Shown here piece after piece: positions 9,030 through 18,763 of a stretch of DNA of 64,000 nt; the first letter of the stretch is position 1; each line of letters starts with the position of its first letter. Source of the stretch: Acidimicrobiales bacterium. GTDB taxonomy: Bacteria; Actinomycetota; Acidimicrobiia; Acidimicrobiales; Bin134. Location: the NCBI GenBank assembly GCA_965200775.1, contig OZ241383.1, forward strand, positions 1,141,008 through 1,205,007, read 5' to 3'. Both the position numbers and the translations under genes were made by a program. The notes beneath the pieces are model-generated. The model was given only the letters and a program-made list of their open reading frames with translations, made no database searches and was not told the DNA's origin.

Positions 9030-10007
9030 TCAGAAGGGCTCGGTGATGGCCAGGGCCAAATGGGGCAGCAGCAGCCAGCTCGCCCCCATCCCCGCCCCGC
9101 CCGCGGCCACGATCAGGATGCCCTCCGGTTTGCCGATCCGGGCCATACGGTCGGTTGCGCTGGTGGCCGGGGCGTTGAGCCGGGGCCACATGTATTGCTG
9201 GATGTCCTGCTTCGACCATCCCTCCTCGATGAAGTACCGGTGATGTTCGTGACCGATCACGACCACCACGTTCCCGTCCTCGCCCAGCCAGGAGTCACCG
9301 GCGATGCCGTTGGCCCGGATGTTCGACACCAGGGTGTTGCACAACGCCTCGGATGTCCGGCTGGTGAAGTCCGTGGCCTCAACCATCTTCATCAGCGAGT
9401 GGACGGTGACCGCGCTCTGCTCGGGGGCGAAACCCCGCTGCACGTGTAGCGGCACCCAATCGGAGGCTTCCTCGTTCTCGCCGAAGCAGAAGGCGTAACG
9501 AGCCGGGGTGGAAAAGCTTGCCCGGTCGAGGAAGCCGGGAATGCCGCGACACACGTTGCGAATCACCAGGCGCAATGCCCTGCCGATGGTGGCGTTGGCC
9601 CGGAAGCCAGGACCGAAGCAGCCCGCTCCCGACGCCACCTCAAGCTCACCCCGGATGGGGCCGTTGATGATCGCCACCTGCGCCGCGCCCGAAAGCGTGC
9701 CGGTGGTGGAATGGCAGTTGCCCTTGGGGTGTAGGTGAGCTCGCACCGCGGCCACCACCACCGGGAAGTACTCGGGCCGGCATCCTGCCATCACCGCGTT
9801 GGCAGCGGCCTGCTCGGCGGTACAGATCACCTCCCGGGTAGGCACCGTGCCCAACACCTCATCACCGGCCAAGCCGGCAAAGGCCAGGAACTCGGCCACC
9901 TTCTCCGGGGTGGGAGGCATCACGGGCAACCCGTCGGTCCACCCCTTCTCGTGGTAGTCCTCGACGAGCGCCTCGTAGGAGTCGTAGCTGTGCTGGGCCG
10001 CGGTCAT
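9030..10007 (-). CDS. Conserved hypothetical protein (GWTDGLPVMPPT / CHSTTGT motifs), partner of the UGSC gene
   Basis: 325-aa ORF with native codon bias. It starts 9 nt downstream of the Lrp gene and ends 78 nt upstream of the UGSC gene. I recognise no characterised family. Confidence 0.7.
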   Translation of the reverse strand: MTAAQHSYDSYEALVEDYHEKGWTDGLPVMPPTPEKVAEFLAFAGLAGDEVLGTVPTREVICTAEQAAANAVMAGCRPEYFPVVVAAVRAHLHPKGNCHSTTGTLSGAAQVAIINGPIRGELEVASGAGCFGPGFRANATIGRALRLVIRNVCRGIPGFLDRASFSTPARYAFCFGENEEASDWVPLHVQRGFAPEQSAVTVHSLMKMVEATDFTSRTSEALCNTLVSNIRANGIAGDSWLGEDGNVVVVIGHEHHRYFIEEGWSKQDIQQYMWPRLNAPATSATDRMARIGKPEGILIVAAGGAGMGASWLLLPHLALAITEPF

Positions 10008-10016
10008 GCCCCGACG

Positions 10017-10481
10017 TTAGAGGTAATGGCGGGTGGTCTCCCATACCGAACGGATGGCGAAGCTCGACCGTAACCGGCCCACACCGGTGAACCGCGACAG
10101 ATACTGGTTGTGGATCCGCTCGAAGTCGCGTTGATCGGCCACGGCAAGGTGCAAGAGGTAGTCGGCGTCGCCCGCCATCAGGTGGCACGACATGACCTCG
10201 GGGCATTCCACCACCTCCTTCTCGAACTGGCGCAGCGAGGTCTCGCTCTGGCTCACCAGCGAGATCTCCACGAACACGTCGAGAGAGCGGTCAATGGCCT
10301 GGGGATCGACGATCATCACGTAGCCGGCGATCACCCCGTCGTCCTCCAGCTTGCGGACCCGGCGGTAGCAAGCCGATGGGGATAGGTTCACCCGGTCGGC
10401 CAGTTCGGCGTTGGACAGCCGGGCGTCGGCCTGAAGCTCGTTGAGGATGGACCGGTCGATGGGATCAAGCGTTACCGACAT
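10017..10481 (-). CDS. Lrp/AsnC family transcriptional regulator
   Basis: 154 aa. N-terminal HTH (RSILNELQADARLSNAELADRVNLSPSACYRRVRKLE) plus an AsnC-type effector domain. Confidence 0.9.
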   Translation of the reverse strand: MSVTLDPIDRSILNELQADARLSNAELADRVNLSPSACYRRVRKLEDDGVIAGYVMIVDPQAIDRSLDVFVEISLVSQSETSLRQFEKEVVECPEVMSCHLMAGDADYLLHLAVADQRDFERIHNQYLSRFTGVGRLRSSFAIRSVWETTRHYL

Positions 10482-10654
10482 GCACGAGTAAGTTTATCCG
10501 ATACTCGGCAATATACCGAATAATCTACTCGTTATCTGCGAAATCCAAGCCGTATTTTCAAAGCGATTTCATCGGATTGCGAATAAACTACCTCCACCAA
10601 GCCAAGGGACAACAATGGGGCCGGCTACCCCCGGGTTGAGGCGGAGGCAAACAA
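10482..10654. promoter_or_regulatory. Divergent Lrp / ald control region
   Basis: The only markedly AT-rich intergenic stretch in the core region. It repeats ccgata/ccgaat/gcgaaat/gcgaata half-site-like words. Divergent promoters are inferred but not mapped. Confidence 0.4.
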
Positions 10655-11788
10655 ATGCGCATCGGAGTTCCCAAGGAGATCAAGAACGAGGAGCGCCGGG
10701 TGGCACTCACCCCCGGCGGCGCGGCCGACCTGGTGGGCCGAGGCCACCATGTGCTGGTCGAGCGAGGGGCCGGCGACGGTGCCGGGTTCACCGACGAGGA
10801 GTACATCGCCCACGGGGCCAACCTGGCCGACTCCGCCGAGGAGGTGTTCGACGGTGCCGAAATGATCGTCAAGGTCAAAGAACCTCAGGCCCGGGAGCGA
10901 GCCCAGCTCAGGGAAGGTCAGGTGCTGTTCGCCTACCTGCACCTGGCTGCCGACACCATCCTCACCGAGGAGTTGCTCGATCAGGGGGTAACCGCCATCG
11001 CTTTCGAATCCGTGGTTGGCCCCCGAGGCGGCCTGCCTCTGCTGGCCCCCATGTCGCAGGTGGCCGGTCGCATGTCCATCCAGGCCGGAGCACACTGCCT
11101 GGAGTCTTCTGCAGGTGGCCGGGGCGTGCTTCTCGGCGGTGTTCCCGGCGTGGCCCCCGCCGGCGTGGTGATCCTCGGTGGCGGAGTGGTGGGACGCAAC
11201 GCCGCTCAGATGGCCATAGGCCTCGGTGCCGACGTGACCGTTATCGACCGCGACGTGGCGGTGCTGGAGGATCTGAGCGCCCGGTTCGGCTCGGCCCTCC
11301 ACACCCTGCACTCCAGCGGTGGTGCCCTGGAATCAGCCGTCCTCGGCGCCGACCTGGTGGTGGGAGCCGTCCTCGTTAGGGGGGCCCGAGCCCCGCATCT
11401 GGTCTCCACCGAGATGGTCAAGATGATGCGCCCCCGGTCGGCCATCGTGGACGTGGCCATCGACCAGGGAGGGTGCATCGAAACCTCCCACCCCACCACC
11501 CACGCCGACCCCACCTTCCTGGCATACGACGTGGTCCACTACTGCGTGGCCAACATGCCTGGCGCCGTGCCCCGCACATCCACGTTTGCCCTGGAAAACG
11601 CCACACTCCCCTACACGGCCATGCTGGCCGACCTCGGTCCCACCGAAGCCATGCGAGTTGACGCCGGGCTGCGGGCCGGCCTGTCGGTCTGCCAGGGGCA
11701 GGTCACCGAAGCGGCAGTGGCCGAGTCGCTCGGCCTCAGCCACTCCTCCCCGGAGGAAGTACTGGGTTTGGCCCGCCACGCCGCCTGA
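10655..11788 (+). CDS. ald: L-alanine dehydrogenase
   Basis: 377 aa. N-terminus MRIGVPKEIKNEERRVALTP and NAD motif ILGGGVVG. Divergent from the Lrp/AsnC gene, as in aldR-ald pairs. Confidence 0.9.
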   Translation: MRIGVPKEIKNEERRVALTPGGAADLVGRGHHVLVERGAGDGAGFTDEEYIAHGANLADSAEEVFDGAEMIVKVKEPQARERAQLREGQVLFAYLHLAADTILTEELLDQGVTAIAFESVVGPRGGLPLLAPMSQVAGRMSIQAGAHCLESSAGGRGVLLGGVPGVAPAGVVILGGGVVGRNAAQMAIGLGADVTVIDRDVAVLEDLSARFGSALHTLHSSGGALESAVLGADLVVGAVLVRGARAPHLVSTEMVKMMRPRSAIVDVAIDQGGCIETSHPTTHADPTFLAYDVVHYCVANMPGAVPRTSTFALENATLPYTAMLADLGPTEAMRVDAGLRAGLSVCQGQVTEAAVAESLGLSHSSPEEVLGLARHAA

Positions 11789-11797
11789 TCGCGCGTC

Positions 11798-13321
11798 TCA
11801 ACCCTTCAACATCTCAGCCATGCGCTCGGCCATGGCGATCACGTTTAGGTTGGTGTTGGCTCGAGGCGTCTCCGGCATGATCGAGGCGTCGCACACCCGC
11901 AGCCCCTCTGTCCCCCACACCTGGCCATAGGGACCGACCACCACAGCAAGGTCGGAGGCCGGACCCATGGCGCACGTACCGGCCCCGTGGAAGAAGGCCA
12001 CATGGTTGGCGAACACATGAGCCATCAGGTCGTCGCGGGTCAACCGGTCGGGCAGGAACACCGGGCCCTTGGCCACCCTCTGGTAAGGCGCCGACGAGAG
12101 CAGTTCCAACCCCAGCTCGAACCCCTCCACCAGCCGCTCCAGGTCGCCGTGGTGAGCCAGGAACGGGTAGGTGATGGCCGGCGGCTCGGCCTGGTCGGCG
12201 GACACCGGTCGCACCGACCCCCGGCTCTCCACCTGTTGCAGGGCCACCGAGAAAGCGAAGACTCTCTCACGGCCTCCGGCCTGGGCCTGCCGCCGAGGGT
12301 TGGTAGACAAGTCGATGACCCCAACCGGGAACAACTGGAGGTCGTTGGCCGGGCCCGACGAGCTGGTGAACCGCAGGATGGTCTGAATGGTTGCATCGCC
12401 CGCGGCGACCATACCCGGTCGGGGCTTGGCATACAGGTAGATCGACGGGTGGTCCGAGAAGTTGGCCCCCACTCCGGGTCGGTCCACCACGGTTTCGATT
12501 CCCATCCCCGCCAGTTCCGAGGCAGGGCCGACTCCGGAGCGCCACAGCAGGAGGGGCGACTGGATTACCCCGGCGGTCACGATCACCTCCCCTGCGGCGA
12601 TCTCCTCCCTCCGACCGTCGCAGTCCGCCTCCACCCCCACTGCCCGGTTGCCGCTCCAGCGCACGGCTCGCACTGTGGATCGGCCTCGGATCGACAGGTT
12701 GGGGCGCGCCCTTACCTCGGTGTTCAGGTAGGCGTCTGCAGCCGACACCCGTTGGCGGCCTACCCGGTTACGAGGTAAGGGTCCGGCTCCGGCGGAGTTG
12801 GGGGCGTTGTGGTCGGCCACGAAGTGGTGTCCCAACCCCTCGCACGCCTCGTAGAACACCGCTTGCACCGGATGCAGCTCGGACTGCGGGGTGCGGGCGA
12901 TGGGGAGCGGGCCCTTGCGTCCGTGCCAGCGTTCTTCGCCTTCGGGGTCGGACTCCAACCGCCGGAAGCTGTCGAGCACTGCGTCCCAGCGCCATTCGGG
13001 GAACCCCCAGGAGTCAAAATCGCCGGGCATTGCTCTGATGGCGATCCCGCCGTTGACCGCCGAGCTTCCTCCCATCACCCGCCCTCTGGGGTAGGGCTGC
13101 GATCGGCCGCCGGGTAGTCGCACTTCGTCACCCCAGTCGTGGTCGGGGAACGACGACACCGTTATGTCGGCCAATTCGTGGGGTGGCTCGGGTCCGTAAT
13201 CGGGACCGGCTTCCAGCAGCAGGACTCGGCGAGCTGGATCCTCCGACAGGCGAGCAGCCAACACCGAACCAGCCGAACCTCCCCCCACGATGACCGTGTC
13301 GGGCAACCCATTGGTGCTCAC
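11798..13321 (-). CDS. GMC family oxidoreductase
   Basis: 507 aa. FAD motif VIVGGGSAGSVLAARLSEDP..RVLLLEAGP and C-terminal GTCAMG...LRVCDASIMP. Confidence 0.9.
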   Translation of the reverse strand: MSTNGLPDTVIVGGGSAGSVLAARLSEDPARRVLLLEAGPDYGPEPPHELADITVSSFPDHDWGDEVRLPGGRSQPYPRGRVMGGSSAVNGGIAIRAMPGDFDSWGFPEWRWDAVLDSFRRLESDPEGEERWHGRKGPLPIARTPQSELHPVQAVFYEACEGLGHHFVADHNAPNSAGAGPLPRNRVGRQRVSAADAYLNTEVRARPNLSIRGRSTVRAVRWSGNRAVGVEADCDGRREEIAAGEVIVTAGVIQSPLLLWRSGVGPASELAGMGIETVVDRPGVGANFSDHPSIYLYAKPRPGMVAAGDATIQTILRFTSSSGPANDLQLFPVGVIDLSTNPRRQAQAGGRERVFAFSVALQQVESRGSVRPVSADQAEPPAITYPFLAHHGDLERLVEGFELGLELLSSAPYQRVAKGPVFLPDRLTRDDLMAHVFANHVAFFHGAGTCAMGPASDLAVVVGPYGQVWGTEGLRVCDASIMPETPRANTNLNVIAMAERMAEMLKG

Positions 13322-13394
13322 CGCGCCACTCCCCCGCCAACAACCGTGTCCGGTGACTCACCAACGCGCACCGCGTCATTATTAGCGTAGGGCC

Positions 13395-14270
13395 ATGGGT
13401 AGTTCATGCACGGGAAGGGTGGCACTGGTCACCGGGGCCAGTCGGGGTATCGGCGAGGGGGTGGCCCTGCGCCTGGCCGCCGAGGGAGCAGCGGTGGCAG
13501 CAGTGGCCCGCACCCGTGCCGAAGGCGACCACCGCCTTCCCGGCTCGCTCGACCGGTTGGTGGACTCCATCCAACACGGAGGGGGCCAGGCGGTGGGGAT
13601 CACCGCCGATCTGTCCGATCCCGCCACCGACCGGGCGGCCATCGTGGCCGAGGCCGAATCGGCGCTGGGCGGCCGGGTGGACATCCTGGTCAACAATGCG
13701 GCCCGGGCCTTCTACCAGCCGTTCTCCGATTTGACCGAGAAGCGGTGGCGGGTGGCCTACGAGCTCAACGTGTGGGCCCCGTGGGATCTGGCCCGCCTTG
13801 TGCTGCCCGGAATGCGCGAACTCGGCCGCGGGGCCATAGTGAACGTCTCATCCAGCGTGGCCGAACCACCGGCGCTGCCCCCCAACCGAGCCAGCGGTCC
13901 AGCCATGGCCGGGTGCCTGTACGGATCGACAAAGGCGGCTCTCAACCGTTGGACGGTCGGGCTGGCCGCCGAGACCTGGGACGACGGGATCACCGTCAAC
14001 GCCGTGTCCCCCGAAGCAGCGGTGATGACCCCGGGAGCGGGCGACTATGTGAACATCCCCCCGGAGAGCCTCGAACCCATGGAAACCATGTGCGAGTCCA
14101 TCCTGGCCCTGTGTACAGCCGAGCCCCGAAACCTCACCGGGAGAATCACCTACTCCCTGTCGCTCCTCTGCGAGCTGAACCGGTCCGTGTACACCCTCGA
14201 CGGAACCGGTCTGGTTCCCGACTGGCAACCCGCAGAGATAGACCCATCACGCCTGCGGGCCGACCGGTAG
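13395..14270 (+). CDS. SDR family oxidoreductase
   Basis: 291 aa. Motifs VTGASRGIGEG and YGSTKAAL. Confidence 0.85.
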   Translation: MGSSCTGRVALVTGASRGIGEGVALRLAAEGAAVAAVARTRAEGDHRLPGSLDRLVDSIQHGGGQAVGITADLSDPATDRAAIVAEAESALGGRVDILVNNAARAFYQPFSDLTEKRWRVAYELNVWAPWDLARLVLPGMRELGRGAIVNVSSSVAEPPALPPNRASGPAMAGCLYGSTKAALNRWTVGLAAETWDDGITVNAVSPEAAVMTPGAGDYVNIPPESLEPMETMCESILALCTAEPRNLTGRITYSLSLLCELNRSVYTLDGTGLVPDWQPAEIDPSRLRADR

Positions 14271-14290
14271 AGCGCAGCCGAAAACCCCCT

Positions 14291-15058
14291 CTATTGGGCG
14301 GCCTTGTTCGACTCCCGCTCGCCCCGCATGAACGCCTCCCTGGCCTTGTCCCCTTCCCCCATAAGGTTCAGCTCGTAGGTGAACCCCTGCTCGAAGCGGT
14401 AGCTGCGGTGAACGTCCACCGGGTCGATGCCGTTGATCGACCACTTGGCCTTGCGGATCACCCCCGGCGACTTGGCGGCGATCACCCCGGCCACCCGCCG
14501 GGCCTCGTCCATCAGCTCATCGGCGGGAACCACGCTGAGCACCGTCCCCCACCGGTGCAGGTCCTCGGCCGACACCGGCTCGCAGCTGTACATCATCCAC
14601 CGCATCACCTTCTCGGGCACCAGCCGGGCGGTGTGGGTGGCAGCACCGAGCGCACCGTTGTCTACCTCGGGCATGGAGAACTTGACCCCCTCCGCCGCCA
14701 CCACCAGGTCGCAGTTCCCGGCCAGCCCGATGCCCAGCCCCAAACAGAAGTCCTGCACAGCAGCGATCACCGGCACCGCACAGTCGTACACCGCGCCGAA
14801 CGCCTCGTAGCAGGCGTCACCGGTGCCCAGCACTCCGTCGAACCCCTCCATGGCCTGCATTTCCTTGATGTCCACACCGGCGTTGAACCCCCGTCCCACT
14901 GCGGTCAGGATGGCGGCCCGCACCCCCGAGTCGTGCTTGAAACCTCGGAACACCTCGGCCAGGCGGTAGGTATCGGCAATGTTCAGTGCGTTCACCGGCG
15001 GGTTGTCCATGGTGACGGTCGCAATGCCCTGTTCGTCGGTTTCAATGTGGATGGCCAT
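14291..15058 (-). CDS. Enoyl-CoA hydratase/isomerase family protein
   Basis: 255 aa. Crotonase-fold pattern GRGFNAGVDIKEM ... AAVQDFCLGLGIGLAGNCDLVVAAE. Confidence 0.85.
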   Translation of the reverse strand: MAIHIETDEQGIATVTMDNPPVNALNIADTYRLAEVFRGFKHDSGVRAAILTAVGRGFNAGVDIKEMQAMEGFDGVLGTGDACYEAFGAVYDCAVPVIAAVQDFCLGLGIGLAGNCDLVVAAEGVKFSMPEVDNGALGAATHTARLVPEKVMRWMMYSCEPVSAEDLHRWGTVLSVVPADELMDEARRVAGVIAAKSPGVIRKAKWSINGIDPVDVHRSYRFEQGFTYELNLMGEGDKAREAFMRGERESNKAAQ

Positions 15059-15182
15059 CCCACGCTCCTTTGCAGTTCTGGGCGTTCAGCGTAGGCCCGC
15101 CGAGCAATCGCCACTAGGTTCTGGGCCATGGCGGGACCTGTGAACGATAATTTCGACCCCATCACCTGAAAGCGAGTCTGCC

Positions 15183-16265
15183 TTGCGCATCGGCTATCTG
15201 ATCGACACTAACCACGGGACCTACGACCAACCGCTACCCGATCCGGCCAACGCCGCCGACGCCCTCGACGCCATGATCGAGGAGGGGATCCTGGCCGAAA
15301 AATCCGGGTTTCACTCCATCCAGGTTCCCGACCGGCACGGACGCACCGAGTCCTACTTCGGCTCGCCGCTGAACCTGCTCATGATTTTGGCCAGGGAAAC
15401 CAGCCGGGTGGCCATCGGCTCCTACTGCCTGGTCAACACCCTGTATCACCCCATGGATGTGGCCGAGCAGTGCGCCATCATCGACAACATCTCCCGGGGG
15501 CGGCTGTACATGACCTGGGGCCGGGGCTTCCACGCCGGCTACTGGGGCCAGTTCGGGGTTCCACCCGAGCGGATGCTGGGCCGTTACCTCGAGAACGTGG
15601 CCATCATCGACAAGGCGCTGCAATCAAAGGGAGAGAGGTTCACCTGGGAAGGCGACTTCTACCGGGTGGAAGACGGCCTGCTGTCGCCCAACTCCTACCA
15701 GCAGCCCCGGTTCCCGTTCTGGGGCGGCGGGCAGCTCCCCGCGGCCATCGAGAGGTGCGGGGTGTACGCCGAGTCGTGGACCTGTGACGACTTCCCCATC
15801 CTCAAGGAGGTGTGGGACCGCCAGGCCGGGGCCTACCGAGCCAAGGCCCTCGAGCACGGCAAGGAGCCGTTCATTGTCTTGATGCGCAAGGCGTGGGTGG
15901 CAGACAGCTTCGAGCAAGCGGCCGAGCAGTACGGCACCCACTACGTGCCCGAGATGCGCTTCTACTGCGAGCAGGGGATCCTGGCCCATCACCCCGAGTT
16001 CGACTCTCCTGAGAAGATCACCACCGAATCGGCCCGGGAGCACATCGTGGTCGGCTCCCCCGAGCAGTGCCGGGAGCGCCTGGAGCAGTACCACGAGGAG
16101 CTGGGGGTGCAGTACTTCACCGTTCAGTTCCGCATGGTGACCGGCCCGTCGTTCGAGGCCACCAGGGAGCAGATCCAGCGCTTCGGCGAGGAGGTGGTGC
16201 AGCCCCTCCACCGCAAGTATCCCCCGCCCGACCATCCGGCTATTCCCGAAGCCTGCCGATGGTGA
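15183..16265 (+). CDS. LLM class flavin-dependent oxidoreductase
   Basis: 360 aa with TTG start. Luciferase-like pattern (SGFHSIQVPDRHG, GRLYMTWGRGFH). Confidence 0.8.
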   Translation: MRIGYLIDTNHGTYDQPLPDPANAADALDAMIEEGILAEKSGFHSIQVPDRHGRTESYFGSPLNLLMILARETSRVAIGSYCLVNTLYHPMDVAEQCAIIDNISRGRLYMTWGRGFHAGYWGQFGVPPERMLGRYLENVAIIDKALQSKGERFTWEGDFYRVEDGLLSPNSYQQPRFPFWGGGQLPAAIERCGVYAESWTCDDFPILKEVWDRQAGAYRAKALEHGKEPFIVLMRKAWVADSFEQAAEQYGTHYVPEMRFYCEQGILAHHPEFDSPEKITTESAREHIVVGSPEQCRERLEQYHEELGVQYFTVQFRMVTGPSFEATREQIQRFGEEVVQPLHRKYPPPDHPAIPEACRW

Positions 16266-16269
16266 GCCG

Positions 16270-16728
16270 ATGACCTCCACGATGCCCACCCCCAGAGTCG
16301 AGGAGCTGGAAGCCCTGGTGGGTTGGCAGTTCCCCGGCGGCACCTACACGGTTGATCCGTGGCGGGTGTGGCTCACCAACGACGTGATCGGTGCCCCGCA
16401 GCGCACCGACGGCGTGGCTCATCCCATGTTCTGCTACTACGCGGCCATGGCCGGGATGGGCCTCAGCATCGACGAACTGTTCACGCTGTGTTCGGCCTCG
16501 GCCGACGACGGTCCGATGTTCGGAGAGTCCGACATGCAACAGCTTCAACCCCTCGAAATCGGGGCCACCTACACGGTGCGGGGCGAGATCACCAGCGCAG
16601 TGCGCAAGCAGGGGGCTCGCACCGGAACTTTCGACATCGTGGGTTTCCGTCTCGAGGTGGTGGCCCCCGACGGCTCGGTGTCCGGCGTGGTGTCCAACTC
16701 GTTCATCTACCCCCGGAGGTCGGCGTGA
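16270..16728 (+). CDS. MaoC-like hotdog protein, N-terminal-type subunit
   Basis: 152 aa. GTGA overlap with the next hotdog gene. A paired small-subunit arrangement as in HadA/HadB or ChsH1/ChsH2. Confidence 0.6.
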   Translation: MTSTMPTPRVEELEALVGWQFPGGTYTVDPWRVWLTNDVIGAPQRTDGVAHPMFCYYAAMAGMGLSIDELFTLCSASADDGPMFGESDMQQLQPLEIGATYTVRGEITSAVRKQGARTGTFDIVGFRLEVVAPDGSVSGVVSNSFIYPRRSA

Positions 16729-17138
16729 CCACTCCCCCTCGCCCCGTGGTGGGCGATGAACTCCCCCGGCTCACCATCGAGTCGGTGGACGCCGAGAAGA
16801 TGAAGACCATGGCCGCTCTGCTGGGCGACCCCAACCCCATCCACTGGGACGTGGACACCGTGCGGGAGCTGGGCATGGGCGACGAGCCGGTGAACCAGGG
16901 CCCCAACAACATGGGCTACGTGCTGAACATGCTTGGCCGGTGGGCCGGGGGAACCGAGCACATCGGGCAGATTCGGGTGCGGTTCCTCGACAACGTGTTC
17001 GCTCACGACCGCCTGGAAGCGGGCGGAACGGTCACCGCCGTGAGCGACGACGGCACCGTGGAGTGCGACGTGTGGTTGGCCCGCGACGGCACCCACCCGG
17101 TGCTGGCCGGGACCGCCACGGTAAACCTGCCCGCCTGA
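16725..17138 (+). CDS. MaoC family dehydratase
   Basis: GTG at 16725 preceded by GGAGG (16715-16719). Hydratase motif GDPNPIHWD. Confidence 0.75.
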   Translation: MTTPPRPVVGDELPRLTIESVDAEKMKTMAALLGDPNPIHWDVDTVRELGMGDEPVNQGPNNMGYVLNMLGRWAGGTEHIGQIRVRFLDNVFAHDRLEAGGTVTAVSDDGTVECDVWLARDGTHPVLAGTATVNLPA

Positions 17139-17143
17139 CACAC

Positions 17144-18742
17144 ATGGCCCCGACAAGGGAGCTAACCGAGCTTCGCCTCCCCCCGGAACTCCACCGGTGG
17201 CGCGGCGAGGTGCGCGACTTTCTCGCGTCCGAGATGGCTCCCGATCGGGTGGCCGGCCACATCGACCCCTCCGATCTCACCGGGCTCGACCGGACCTTTG
17301 AGCGGCACCACCAGCAGGCCGCCGCTAGCCGGGGCATGACGGCCATATCCCTGCCGGTTTCCGACGGGGGCGGCGGACGTTCCCGGGCCTGGAAGCACGT
17401 TTACGACATGGAAGCCGCGTACCACGGGGGGCCTTCGATCGACACCGGGGTGACGCTTTGCGGGTTCGCACTCTCCCGGTTCGGCACCCCGGACCAGAAA
17501 CAGCGGTGGCTGGACCCCATGGTGGCCGGTGAAATGCTCGGGGCCATCGCCTACAGCGAGGCCGGGGCGGGCAACAACCTGGCCGCCATCGCCACCACAG
17601 CGACGCAGACCTCAGGGGGCTGGGAGCTGAACGGCACCAAGTCGCACGTGACCGGCGCTCACAAGGCCGACATGGCCGTTGTGCTCGCGGTGACCGATCC
17701 CGGAGGACACTCCCGGTCGTCGATGACTATGTTCCTGGTCCCCATGGACTCTCAGGGTGTAGAGGTTCGCCGCCGCCGCACCCTCAACCGTTGGACCCTC
17801 GGCGAGATCAACTTTCGCAAGGTGTTGCTGGGCTCAGACGATGTGCTCGGCGAGGTGGGTAAAGGCTGGTCGCAGGTCATGGCCGCGGTGGCCGCCGAAA
17901 GGGGCTCTCTGGCTCACTACGGGTGGGCCGAGCGATGGTTGGAACGGATACCTCCCGGGGTTGCGCCCCTGGAGCGTGCCCGCCTTCACGTTGCCACCGC
18001 CCGGGTCCGGCCCTTCAGCTTGCGGCTGATCGACCTCGAGTTGGCCTCAGCGCCGGTGGGCTACGAGGCGTCGATGACCAAGGTGGCTTCCACGGAGCTG
18101 CTGCAGGAGATTGCCCGAACCGCTCGCTCATCGGCCGGGCTCGCCAAGACGGGTTGGAACCCGATGCTCGATCCCGGCCCGGCCTATGCCTACGACGCAC
18201 TGGAGGCCATCCACCCAACCATCTCCGTGGGCGCCAACGAAACCCATCGCGACATGATCGCCGCTGCCCTGTTGGACCAAGACCGGAGCCCAGCCTCACC
18301 CCAAGCCAGAGCAGCCGATGTCAATACCCGCGCCGTGGTGGCCGCGTGTGCCGACATGGCCGCCGATGCCCGCCAGATTGTGGACATAACCGCCCGGAAC
18401 GCCCTGCAACGCCCGCTCTACGGGCGAACCGTGGGTGATTTCCAGGCCGCTCGGCACCGATTCGTGGACATGGCCATGACCGCCGAATCCATCGAGCTTC
18501 TGTCTCTGGAGGCAGCCGCCGCTCCCCCAGGCCGCCGGCGCGACTACCTGGACTCGGCGGCCAAGGTGGTGGCCAACGAGGGTCTGCTCGACGTGGTTGC
18601 CGGAGCCCATCAGCTCCACGGAGCCGACGGCTACTACCACGACCACCCACTGGCCCCCTTCACCCACCGGGCCTGGGAATCCCAGGCCCGGGCGGGCACC
18701 ACTGCCGAGCACTTGGACGCGCTGGCCGAGCTGACCGCTTAG
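17144..18742 (+). CDS. Acyl-CoA dehydrogenase family protein
   Basis: ATG at 17144 (532 aa). ACAD-like segments AIAYSEAGAGNNLAAI and GWELNGTKSHVTGA, plus an extra C-terminal helical ACAD-like domain. Confidence 0.75.
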   Translation: MAPTRELTELRLPPELHRWRGEVRDFLASEMAPDRVAGHIDPSDLTGLDRTFERHHQQAAASRGMTAISLPVSDGGGGRSRAWKHVYDMEAAYHGGPSIDTGVTLCGFALSRFGTPDQKQRWLDPMVAGEMLGAIAYSEAGAGNNLAAIATTATQTSGGWELNGTKSHVTGAHKADMAVVLAVTDPGGHSRSSMTMFLVPMDSQGVEVRRRRTLNRWTLGEINFRKVLLGSDDVLGEVGKGWSQVMAAVAAERGSLAHYGWAERWLERIPPGVAPLERARLHVATARVRPFSLRLIDLELASAPVGYEASMTKVASTELLQEIARTARSSAGLAKTGWNPMLDPGPAYAYDALEAIHPTISVGANETHRDMIAAALLDQDRSPASPQARAADVNTRAVVAACADMAADARQIVDITARNALQRPLYGRTVGDFQAARHRFVDMAMTAESIELLSLEAAAAPPGRRRDYLDSAAKVVANEGLLDVVAGAHQLHGADGYYHDHPLAPFTHRAWESQARAGTTAEHLDALAELTA

Positions 18743-18763
18743 ACCTGCGCGTTGTGGCCGGGG

